From Planctomycetota bacterium (GTDB taxonomy: Bacteria > Planctomycetota > MHYJ01 > WSZJ01), in contig JBBTCT010000007.1 of the NCBI GenBank assembly GCA_038060895.1, positions 196,023 to 260,022 on the forward strand: a stretch of 64,000 bases of DNA, in the 5' to 3' direction. The position numbers and the translations under genes were made by a program. Positions 56,138-64,000 of the stretch are shown here, piece after piece (the first letter of the stretch is position 1; each line of letters opens with the position of its first letter). Below the pieces are notes generated by a model. That model ran no database searches, was not told where the DNA came from, and saw only the letters and a program-made list of their open reading frames with translations.

Positions 56138-58564
56138 TCACCCTAAGAAATCGAACAGCGTCGTCTGCAGCATCTTCGCCGCGCTCGCCAGACTCGCTTC
56201 CAGCACAATCTGCTCCTGTGTCAGCCGCACCGCCGCTTCCGCAAAATCGACGTCTTCCGTCGCGCTGAGCAGTCCCTGGAACGTGACGGTCTCGTCCTCG
56301 AGCCGGTTCCGCGTGAGCTCGAGGCGGCGGGCGCGGGCGCCGGCTTCGGCACGGCCGTTGAGAACGGTCGTGCGCGCGGCCGCAAGGCGGTCGGCGGCTG
56401 CGGCGATGCGCTGTGAGTCGTTCGAGACCAACGCGTCGCGCAGCTCGATGAGAGCCGCAAATGCAGAAGCGTCGCGGAGGCCGGTGGCGCTGAGAGGGTC
56501 GCCCGTGAGCGTCAGCACCGGGTCGACGCCGGCCGGATTCACGACGGTTTTCTCGATTCCGAGCATCTGAGCCGCGAACGAACTTCCCACGGCTGCGACG
56601 CTGAAATTACTGCCGCCGTCCGCCCCGCGGTCGTCGATGAAGAGCGCGCCGGTGGCCTCGTCGGTGTAGGCGAGCACGGGAGAACCGAGGGAGACATTGC
56701 CTGCGGCCGTGTTGATGCGGTCAATGACGGCCGCGATGGTCGTGGCTCCGTCGAGGTCGACGTCGAACGTCGCGCCGGTTTTCGTCGTGAAGCGCAGGTC
56801 GGGCCCCGCCGAGGTCAGGACGCCGCTTCCCGCATTCAGCTGCGAAGTCTCTTTGCGTCGAAGGGAGTCGAGCCACCCGAGGGTGGAAGCGGTTTCGCCG
56901 CCGCCCGTGTTGGTGACGCGCAGGTCGCCGCCGGAGAGGAGCTGGCGGAGCGCGAGGGAGCGCCCGTCCGCCGCGATTTCGACAGAGGCCTGCACCCCGG
57001 CGCCGCGGACGAGGTTGGTGAGATCCTCGACGGTGAACGCGGAGGCGAGGGAAACGGTGCCGCCAAGCTGGCCGTTTGAAATTGCCAGGCCCGTTTTGTC
57101 GAGGCCGAGGCCGCCGCGGAACTGGGCGAGCTGCGTTCCCTGGGAAATCACGGGATCGAGGTCGCTTCCGGTCACGACCAGAGGCGAGCCCGCAGACGCG
57201 GTGAGGATCCCGAGCTGCGCGGCCGTGTTGCCACCGCCTTCTTCGGAGACGACGATCGTTCCGGCCGCGGTGTGCGTCAGCTCAAGACCGTTGCCGGCAG
57301 CATTCAGTCCGGCGGTGACCGGAAGGGCTGCCGTCCCGAAGGCGTTGTTGAACGCGTCAAGGACGTCGCCGACATCCTTTGCTCCCGAGAGGTCCACGAC
57401 TACGGACGGGCCGCCGACGCCGTCCTGGACGCGCAGGCTGCCCAGGTTCACGCCGAGGCCGCCGCGGAGCTGGCCGAGTTGCGTCGAAGCCGCGCGGATT
57501 TCGAAGGTGTCGCCCGCGGCGAAAGCCGCGCCGAACGGCGTGCCGAACGTGAGCGTGCCCGTCGCGGAATCGAAGTCGGTGATCTGCCGCACGGCGCCCG
57601 CGTTCGCGCCGGTCAGGACGCGAAGCTCGAGCGAATTGTAGGCGTTGTCCCCGTCGCCGGTCAGAGCGGCCGTGACGATCGTCCCGGGGCCTGAAGCGGC
57701 CGTCGCGGCGCCGGCCTTGCCTCCGCGCGTCACCGTCGGGTCGAGGTCGAGGCGGATGTCGTACCCTTCCCCGCCCGCGAACGCCGAAGGAAATGCCGAC
57801 GCGAACGTAAACGTCCCGGTCGCGCTGGAGAACGCGGTGATCCGCCTCGCGAGCCCCGCGTTCGGTCCCGTGCGGACGACGAGGTCGTAACCGACGTAGG
57901 CGTCGGTGCCATGGCCGATGAAGCTGGAATCCGTCAGAGTCGCGGCTCCCGTCGCCGCCGTCGAACTCCCCGTCGCCTGCGCTTCAAGAAGCGCCGTGGC
58001 GCCCAGCGCATTCGTCGCCGCAATGTTGTCGGGAGCCACGAGCGCGTCGCCGAACGACCTCAGGATCGCCGAAAGATCCCCCGTGAATGCGACGCCGCCC
58101 GCCGCCGTCGCAAACGGCGGCGCCTTTGAAGCGCCCCCGAAGACGGGCCGGCCCTCAAACTGCGCATTCGCCAGCGACAGCAGCTGGTTGATCATCTCTC
58201 CGACTTCCGTCGCCGCTCCCAGCCGCGTCGCTGCCGTCGCGGTCCCCGTCGCTTCCCCCAGCGCGATCGAGCGCGCGGAATCCAGGAGGTCCGAGACTCC
58301 GCCCAGCGACGCGTCCGCGTAGCCGAGCCGGGCGAAAGCATCATTCGAGTTCTTCACGTACGCTGCGTTGCGGTCGATGCGGCCCCGGTAGCCGAGGGCC
58401 AGCGAAGTGCCGACGGGGTCAATGGACGGGCGCACGAGCCGCTTCCCCGTCGAAAGCTGCTCCTGGACCAGCAGCAACGCCAGCTGCGACCGGTTCAGCC
58501 CGCGAAGGATCGTGTCCCGCGTGAGCGAGTTGGTCGACCTGGCAGCGATCGGATCGATAGCCAT
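56138..58564 (-). CDS. flgL: Hook-filament junction protein FlgL, enlarged (808 aa)
   Basis: QEQLSTGKRLVRPSIDP, LANAQFEGRPVFGG, RAEAGAR, EDVDFAEA, TLFDFLG. Confidence 0.93.
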   Translation of the reverse strand: MAIDPIAARSTNSLTRDTILRGLNRSQLALLLVQEQLSTGKRLVRPSIDPVGTSLALGYRGRIDRNAAYVKNSNDAFARLGYADASLGGVSDLLDSARSIALGEATGTATAATRLGAATEVGEMINQLLSLANAQFEGRPVFGGASKAPPFATAAGGVAFTGDLSAILRSFGDALVAPDNIAATNALGATALLEAQATGSSTAATGAATLTDSSFIGHGTDAYVGYDLVVRTGPNAGLARRITAFSSATGTFTFASAFPSAFAGGEGYDIRLDLDPTVTRGGKAGAATAASGPGTIVTAALTGDGDNAYNSLELRVLTGANAGAVRQITDFDSATGTLTFGTPFGAAFAAGDTFEIRAASTQLGQLRGGLGVNLGSLRVQDGVGGPSVVVDLSGAKDVGDVLDAFNNAFGTAALPVTAGLNAAGNGLELTHTAAGTIVVSEEGGGNTAAQLGILTASAGSPLVVTGSDLDPVISQGTQLAQFRGGLGLDKTGLAISNGQLGGTVSLASAFTVEDLTNLVRGAGVQASVEIAADGRSLALRQLLSGGDLRVTNTGGGETASTLGWLDSLRRKETSQLNAGSGVLTSAGPDLRFTTKTGATFDVDLDGATTIAAVIDRINTAAGNVSLGSPVLAYTDEATGALFIDDRGADGGSNFSVAAVGSSFAAQMLGIEKTVVNPAGVDPVLTLTGDPLSATGLRDASAFAALIELRDALVSNDSQRIAAAADRLAAARTTVLNGRAEAGARARRLELTRNRLEDETVTFQGLLSATEDVDFAEAAVRLTQEQIVLEASLASAAKMLQTTLFDFLG

Positions 58565-58572
58565 GCGTGCCT

Positions 58573-60504
58573 CTAGAGCTGGTTGATCAGCGTGTCCAGC
58601 AACGTATCGACCGTCGCAATGAATCTCGCCGCCGCCTGGTACGCCCTCTGGTGCGTCAGCAGATTCACCGCCTCCTCGTCGAGATTCACCCCGCTCAGCC
58701 GCTCGCGCTCCGCCTCGAGCTGCGCTTCCAGGAACGACTGGCTCTCCGCGCGGTCCGCCGCCTCTGCGCTCCTCGTGCCGAGAGCGCTCTCAAGCCCACG
58801 GTAGAAGTCCTCGACGGAAGCGGTCCCCGCGAGCAGCGACTTTGCGTTGCGGATGGCGGCGAGCGCCTGGGCGGCGCCGTTGTCATTCGTGGCGTTGCTG
58901 AAACCCGCCGAGAGGCGCGCGGGGTCGGAGGCCAGCTGTGAATCGACCGCAATGGTGAGGGCGTCGCGACCCGAGAAGAACGAGTTCAGGCCGACAGAAG
59001 CGAGGAAGCCGCTGGTGTCGCTGGCAAAATTGAAGCGCGACGACGGAGAATTCGCCGTGATCTGGAGGCGTCCGTCGGCCGTGACGGTTGCCGTGACCAT
59101 CGAGCCGGCTTCCGCGTTGATTTCGGCGGCGACGGAGGCCAGGGTCGAATCGCTGGGAAGCGGGAGGCTCTTGTCGAGATCGACCTCAATGTTGAAGGTC
59201 GTGACGCTTCCAGTCGATTCGTCGGTCACGCGCAGGTCGAACGAGCCGTCGGTGACGGGAAACGGAAGGGCGGTGACGTCGAACGCATCGCCGGCGGCGA
59301 AGGGCGCGTCGAACGGGCGATCCAGGAGGAGCGTGCCGCTGGTGCCGTCGAAATCCAGGACACGGCGTCGCTGGCCGGCGTTGGCGCCGGTGCGGGCCAC
59401 GAGGTCGAGGCCGTTGAAAGTGTCGTCCGGGTACCCCGCGAGATCGGTGGCACGCACGGTCGTCCCGGCCGGGGTCCCGGTCACGGTCCCGGCAGTCGAG
59501 AGCGGAACGCCCGATGGCGTCGCATGGTTCGAGATGAGCGACGAAAACCGGACGAGACCGGTTCCCGAGCTCTGCACCCTGTTCACTTCGTAGATCACCG
59601 CGCGCGCCAGGTCGTTCAGGTCGTCGAGAAAAGCGGGGATGTCCTTCCGGATCGAGTCGAGCAGCCCGGCCAGTTCTCCCCCGCCCGGCGCCAGCTTCGT
59701 CCCCGTCGCCGCGAACGCAGGCACGTCCACGCGCGACCCGCGGTCCGTCTCCGCCGTCGTCGTCAACGTCGCGCTCGTCCCTTCAAGCACCAGGAACTCG
59801 CTCCCCGCCAGCACGTTTACCGCCCCCGTGCTGGTCTCCACCGTCCGGATCGACACTTTCTGCGCCAGTTCGCGCAGCAACTCCCCGCGCCGGTCGCGAA
59901 GGTCGTTGGCCGCGTTCGGCGCCGCGCCGCCAGCTTCCGACGCCACGATGTCCCTGTTCAGCCGCGAGATCTCGCCAGTCAGCCGGTTGACTTCGTCCAC
60001 CCCCGCACGCACCTGCTGGTTCAACGACTCCCGGTCCGCCACGATGTTCGTCGCGACAAGCCGGAACGCATCCGCCAGCGCCGCACCCTGCTCAATCATG
60101 CTCCCCCGCGCCGCCGCATCCGCCGGCCGCGCCGCCAGCGTCTCCGCCGCGACGAAAAATCCGTCCAGCGACGACGAGAGGCCCTGACCTGAGATGTCGT
60201 TGAAAAGCGCCTCCAGCCTGGCAAAAGTCCCGCTCCTCGCCGAGGCCGCACCGAGCTGCGACGTCGAATCCCGCAGCCGTCCTTCAAGCGACGTGTCGAT
60301 GATGCGCCGCACGGAACCCGCCGCGACGCCGCGGCCGAGAAATGCGTTGCCGAATCGCTGCCCCTCGATCGCCGCCAGGTCCACCCTCTGTCGCGAATAC
60401 CCCGGCGTCGTCGCGTTGGCGATGTTGTGGCCCGTAGTCTGCACCGCCGCCTGCTGCGCAGTCAGCGCGGTCAGGCCCAGGTTCAGGTTGGTGAAGAGGC
60501 TCAT
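58573..60504 (-). CDS. flgK: Hook-associated protein FlgK
   Basis: GHNIANATTPGYSRQRV, NDLRDRR, SGVNLDEEAVNL..HQRAYQAAAR. Confidence 0.96.
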   Translation of the reverse strand: MSLFTNLNLGLTALTAQQAAVQTTGHNIANATTPGYSRQRVDLAAIEGQRFGNAFLGRGVAAGSVRRIIDTSLEGRLRDSTSQLGAASARSGTFARLEALFNDISGQGLSSSLDGFFVAAETLAARPADAAARGSMIEQGAALADAFRLVATNIVADRESLNQQVRAGVDEVNRLTGEISRLNRDIVASEAGGAAPNAANDLRDRRGELLRELAQKVSIRTVETSTGAVNVLAGSEFLVLEGTSATLTTTAETDRGSRVDVPAFAATGTKLAPGGGELAGLLDSIRKDIPAFLDDLNDLARAVIYEVNRVQSSGTGLVRFSSLISNHATPSGVPLSTAGTVTGTPAGTTVRATDLAGYPDDTFNGLDLVARTGANAGQRRRVLDFDGTSGTLLLDRPFDAPFAAGDAFDVTALPFPVTDGSFDLRVTDESTGSVTTFNIEVDLDKSLPLPSDSTLASVAAEINAEAGSMVTATVTADGRLQITANSPSSRFNFASDTSGFLASVGLNSFFSGRDALTIAVDSQLASDPARLSAGFSNATNDNGAAQALAAIRNAKSLLAGTASVEDFYRGLESALGTRSAEAADRAESQSFLEAQLEAERERLSGVNLDEEAVNLLTHQRAYQAAARFIATVDTLLDTLINQL

Positions 60505-60513
60505 GCGGGTTTC

Positions 60514-60990
60514 CTAAGCGACGCTGTCGACAATGTTCACGCGGGAGGACGACGGCGGCGGCGCTTCCGCCCCGCGTCGCGTGTAGGCCGCGGCGTCGAT
60601 CTCGACGCCGGTGAGAACGAGAAGCGTCTCGCGTACGTGCGCGAGCGACTGCTCCGCCAGCGCCCGATTGAGGTCGTTGGCGCGCGCGACATCGACGATC
60701 AGTTTCTGGAGCCGGTCGCGAAGCGGCATGAACCTCGGGTCGCGATCTGCAATCTGCCGGAGCGTCGCGCCGGGAGCGAGTCCAGTCACGCGTCCCGCCT
60801 CGGCCGCGGCCCGGCGGCGCATCGCGTCGGCCTCGCCCAGTCTCGAGAGCATCGCCTCCTCCTGTGCGACGATCCGGTCCACGTCCGCCGTCTTCAGCGA
60901 CACCAGCGCGTCGCGTTTCTGCGCCAGAAGAGCGAGCAGTTCGCCGTAGAGCCGGGATTCGTTCTCGAGCGCCGTGATCAATGTGTTCAT
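60514..60990 (-). CDS. flgN: Flagellar export chaperone FlgN
   Basis: Helical L..E...Y.ELL...K..AL and N..N..L pattern; directly upstream of flgK. Confidence 0.8.
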   Translation of the reverse strand: MNTLITALENESRLYGELLALLAQKRDALVSLKTADVDRIVAQEEAMLSRLGEADAMRRRAAAEAGRVTGLAPGATLRQIADRDPRFMPLRDRLQKLIVDVARANDLNRALAEQSLAHVRETLLVLTGVEIDAAAYTRRGAEAPPPSSSRVNIVDSVA

Positions 60991-61003
60991 CGTGGGTCTC
61001 CGT

Positions 61004-61291
61004 TTATCCCCTCGTATCCAGGCGGGAGCCGAGCTGCTTCTCGATCATCCTTGCGATCCCGAGTCCGCCGCCCTCCGCCATACGCTCCGCCAGCAGGTCG
61101 TCCTGCATGCCGCGGAACACCCTCTCGCCGCTTCCGCCGTGAAAGCGCGCCCCCTCGTGCACGCTCTTCCGCATCGTTCGCAGCATCAGCCCGTGAAAGA
61201 ATCCTTCGAACGCGACGGCGGCCCTGTGAAGCGCCGGGGCGGTCGCGTTCTTCGTGGTCACGCCGCTGGTGGACGACAGTTCCACGTTCAC
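61004..61291 (-). CDS. flgJ: Rod-binding domain-only FlgJ
   Basis: AAVAFEGFFHGLMLRTMRKSV...FRGMQD...GGLGIARMIEKQL; GTG start overlaps flgI stop; no muramidase domain. Confidence 0.85.
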   Translation of the reverse strand: MNVELSSTSGVTTKNATAPALHRAAVAFEGFFHGLMLRTMRKSVHEGARFHGGSGERVFRGMQDDLLAERMAEGGGLGIARMIEKQLGSRLDTRG

Positions 61292-62391
61292 CTCACGATG
61301 AGCTTGGCTTTGAGCGCGCCGGCGCCGTGCAGCAGCTTGATCAGGTCGATCACGTCGCCCGCGGTCTCCTGCGTCGGAGAGAGCGTGTCGAGAACTTCGT
61401 TGAGAAGCACCGGGCCATCCGGCTGCGCCGGGCGGCCCGTCCTCGGGTCCGCCCTGCCCGGCACCTCGACCACGATCCGGCCTTTCTGCACGCGGCACGG
61501 AAGGACGCGCACCTTGCCGGTGATCGCGTACGTTTTTTCGCGCTCGTTGATCACGACGGTCGCCTCCGGCTCTTCCTGCGACCCGATTTCGACCGTCATG
61601 CCGAGGACTTCCCCGACGAACTGCACGGCGTCACCGCGTCCTTCGGCCCCGCGCTTCTGCGTCGCCACCTTCACGCGGATGTGACCGGCGTCCATCGACT
61701 GGGCGAGGTCGCCGTCGGTGTTGTAAAGCGCGGGAAAGCGCTTGTTGATGGCATCGGCGACGCGGGAAGCGACGTTGAAGTCGGGCTGGTTGAGCTTGAA
61801 CACGACCCAGCCCGAGTCGAGCGCCTTGAGAAAGATGTCCTGGGGAGCGAGGCGCTGGACGATGGCGCCGCCGGGGATCGTGCCGACGGTCGCCGTGGCG
61901 ACGTCCGCGCCCAGGACGAGCGCTCCGCGCGCGATCGCGTAGACGGTCGGGTCCTTGGAGTGAGGCTTCGGGCCGTAGAGAAAGGTCTGTGTCAGCGCGC
62001 CGCCCTTGAGGTTCTTGCAGTCGTTGAGCGCGCTGATGAGGACGTCGATTTCGGTGCCGACCGCCTGGAAGGCTTCAAGGCGGGCGGCGACGGCAACGAC
62101 GGCCACGTTGCGCGCGTTGATCTCGCGGTCGCTGACGACGACTCCGTCGCGGTTTTCCATGAATGAACGGAGGCGGGTTCTCACCGAGTCGGGCGTGTCA
62201 CCCGTGCCGGCCAGGCCGGTCACGAGCCCGATCCCCTCGATTTCGTTCACGTCCGCGCCGCTCACGCCCGCAAGATCCTTCACCCGGACGCGGTCCTGCG
62301 CGCCCAATGGCAACGTGCCCAGGGCAATGGCGGCGAAGGCGATCGTCGCCCCACCCAGCACCCGGCTCATCTCACGACCTCGAATCCGCAT
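61288..62391 (-). CDS. flgI: Flagellar P-ring protein FlgI
   Basis: RVKDL, GIGLVTGLAGTGD, NVAVVAV, LKGGALTQT, GALKAKL; GGAGG SD before ATG 62391. Confidence 0.93.
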   Translation of the reverse strand: MRIRGREMSRVLGGATIAFAAIALGTLPLGAQDRVRVKDLAGVSGADVNEIEGIGLVTGLAGTGDTPDSVRTRLRSFMENRDGVVVSDREINARNVAVVAVAARLEAFQAVGTEIDVLISALNDCKNLKGGALTQTFLYGPKPHSKDPTVYAIARGALVLGADVATATVGTIPGGAIVQRLAPQDIFLKALDSGWVVFKLNQPDFNVASRVADAINKRFPALYNTDGDLAQSMDAGHIRVKVATQKRGAEGRGDAVQFVGEVLGMTVEIGSQEEPEATVVINEREKTYAITGKVRVLPCRVQKGRIVVEVPGRADPRTGRPAQPDGPVLLNEVLDTLSPTQETAGDVIDLIKLLHGAGALKAKLIVR

Positions 62392-62396
62392 TTTTT

Positions 62397-62445
62397 AGCC
62401 TCCGCAAGCCTCGGCCAGCCTTCGCCAGCCTCCGCCAGCCTCGTC
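62397..62445. repeat. 10-bp tandem repeat (AGCCTCCGCC-like, five units) between flgH and flgI
   Basis: agcctccgca agcctcggcc agccttcgcc agcctccgcc agcctcgtc. Confidence 0.7.
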
Positions 62446-62447
62446 GT

Positions 62448-63065
62448 TCAGAACGGCCACAACACCTCAATCAGCCACGAAAACAACCCGCGCTTCCGCG
62501 CGTCGTTGACTTCCCCGTCGCCCGTGCGCCGGATCTTCACGTCGGCCACCTTGTCGGTCCCGATCGTGCGGTTCACGCTGATGTCCAGCGGCGTGATTTC
62601 GCCGGTCACCGTCATCGTCACGGTCTCGTCGTTGATCTGCACTTCCTTGCGCGCCGCGATGACCAGGTTCCCGTTGTCGAGCACTTCGATGACCTTCGCC
62701 GCAACCGTGAACACGATCTTGTTCGACCCGTTCGTCGCGCCCTTGTTGTCGCGCTCGTAGTCGGCGCGGCCGTCGATCTTCAGGTCCTCGCCCACGCTCG
62801 CCTTCAGATCCGGCAGCCCGGAGCCCTTTCCCGTCATGTGCACGAAGTCGGTCAGCGCAGCAACCAGCTGCGTCTCCTTGTCGATCTTCGTGTCGGCCTT
62901 CGCCGTCGCGAGCGAGCTCTCGTTCACCGTGATCTTCACGATGTCGTTCACCTTCCACGTCGGCTTCTCAGGCGCGTACGGACTCGCCGTCTCGTCCCCC
63001 AGCAGGCCGTCCGCCGCCACCGGCACCGCGATCGCCAGCGTCGCCAGCATCGATTTCCAGTTCAT
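62448..63065 (-). CDS. flgH: Flagellar L-ring protein FlgH
   Basis: VNDIVKITVNE, VIEVLDNGNLVI, G.ITPLDI...NRTI, C-terminal WPF; start MNWKS at 63065. Confidence 0.92.
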   Translation of the reverse strand: MNWKSMLATLAIAVPVAADGLLGDETASPYAPEKPTWKVNDIVKITVNESSLATAKADTKIDKETQLVAALTDFVHMTGKGSGLPDLKASVGEDLKIDGRADYERDNKGATNGSNKIVFTVAAKVIEVLDNGNLVIAARKEVQINDETVTMTVTGEITPLDISVNRTIGTDKVADVKIRRTGDGEVNDARKRGLFSWLIEVLWPF

Positions 63066-64000
63066 TTCCCCTCCTCCACAGCGTCCCCGGCTCCCGGCCC
63101 GGTGACGCGGATGCGGAACTCCTTCTTCGAATCCGGATTCTTCGCGCGGATCACGTCCCCCGCACGCCCGTCCTCCATCGCCACCGCCGTCCGCCGCGCC
63201 GCCGCCCGACCACCCCCGCTCGTCACGACAACCTCGTCGCCACGCAGCACCAGCGGGCCGGCCCGAAGCGCTTCCGCCACGATCGCCCCGTTCTCCGCAA
63301 CGTCCGAGGCCATCACGCGGCCGATCACGTCCATCTCTTCCGCAAACGAGCCCGTTTCCCCCGCAGGCACGTCCGCGATCGCCACGTCCGTCGAAACCAC
63401 GCGGTGCCCCGCGCGAAGGGCCCGCCGCGCCACCACGCCGCGCCGCGTCCCGCGCACCGACGCGCGCGCCACCCACACAGCGCTGTCCGCTTCGCCGATG
63501 TTCACGAAGATCCTGAAGCGCGCCTCGCCGAGCCACCAGGCGTCGGCCGGTTTCACCGCCACGATTTCGACATGCGCAAAGTTCACGCCCTCGGGAGCGT
63601 CGAGTTCGAGCACCTGCGCGGTGACCACGGCGCCCGGAAGCGCCTTCCGGGCCGCTTCCGCGATCGCCCGGCCCGTGATTTCGCGGAATCCGTCGAGGCC
63701 GGGACGCGGATCGGCGTCCGCACCGCGGACGAGGCACGCGCCGAAGACCGAGACCGCGCGCAGGGAAATTCCCGCCTTGCGCAGTTCAAGCCGCACGTCT
63801 TCCGCCGTCACCGCGCGCGTCTCGCCCTTCGCGGGCGCCCGGCCGAACCAGACCTGGGGAAGCGATTCCCCGCGCACGTCCGCCACGTCGGCGAGCGCGA
63901 CGTACCCCGAGGCCACGCACGTCTCCGGCTTCAGCGCGACGGTCGTCGCCGCGGCTGCGGGAGAGGCGAGGGCAAGCAGGATGGGGAGGAAGCGCTTCAT
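63062..64000 (-). CDS. flgA: Flagellar P-ring formation chaperone FlgA
   Basis: Signal peptide, LADVADV, SAF-like VVARRALRAG, LVLRGDEV, AMEDGRAGDVIRAKNPDSKK. Confidence 0.9.
   Translation of the reverse strand: MKRFLPILLALASPAAAATTVALKPETCVASGYVALADVADVRGESLPQVWFGRAPAKGETRAVTAEDVRLELRKAGISLRAVSVFGACLVRGADADPRPGLDGFREITGRAIAEAARKALPGAVVTAQVLELDAPEGVNFAHVEIVAVKPADAWWLGEARFRIFVNIGEADSAVWVARASVRGTRRGVVARRALRAGHRVVSTDVAIADVPAGETGSFAEEMDVIGRVMASDVAENGAIVAEALRAGPLVLRGDEVVVTSGGGRAAARRTAVAMEDGRAGDVIRAKNPDSKKEFRIRVTGPGAGDAVEEGK

Overview
High-GC bacterial chromosome segment with no rRNA, tRNA, CRISPR array or transposase recognised. A Planctomycetota-like origin is an inference from the HEAT-repeat proteins, DYDVEIA-type secretins and FlgH without a lipobox. 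Left to right: (1) a minus-strand cluster running off the left edge, with a receiver protein, a CHASE2-like sensor with a degenerate kinase domain, a 1051-aa protein with two tandem CapC/PgsC-like domains fused to a large extracytoplasmic region, and a large membrane-anchored unknown. (2) Housekeeping and accessory genes: ABC1 kinase, phasin-like protein, PTS-IIA/CBS, ABC transporter, BtpA, citrate synthase, a LysR lacking a canonical start, OsmC, M50 protease, TRIC, Rieske-flavoprotein fusion, PepC, class V aminotransferase, DUF1015, purH. (3) An ECF sigma/anti-sigma(HEAT) pair followed by two paralogous proteins, each with two tandem secretin-like modules. (4) Pirin, fchA-fhs-folD, a beta-propeller surface protein with a Cys-type C-terminal sorting signal, and a TolB-like lipoprotein. 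(5) A flagellar operon flgA-flgH-flgI-flgJ-flgN-flgK-flgL-fliW-csrA-fliC-flaG-fliD-fliS whose FlgK, FlgL and FliD are enlarged by shared inserted modules. Several intergenic regions carry long palindromes built from 6-7 nt repeats. All protein family calls come from motif recognition by eye, not database searches.
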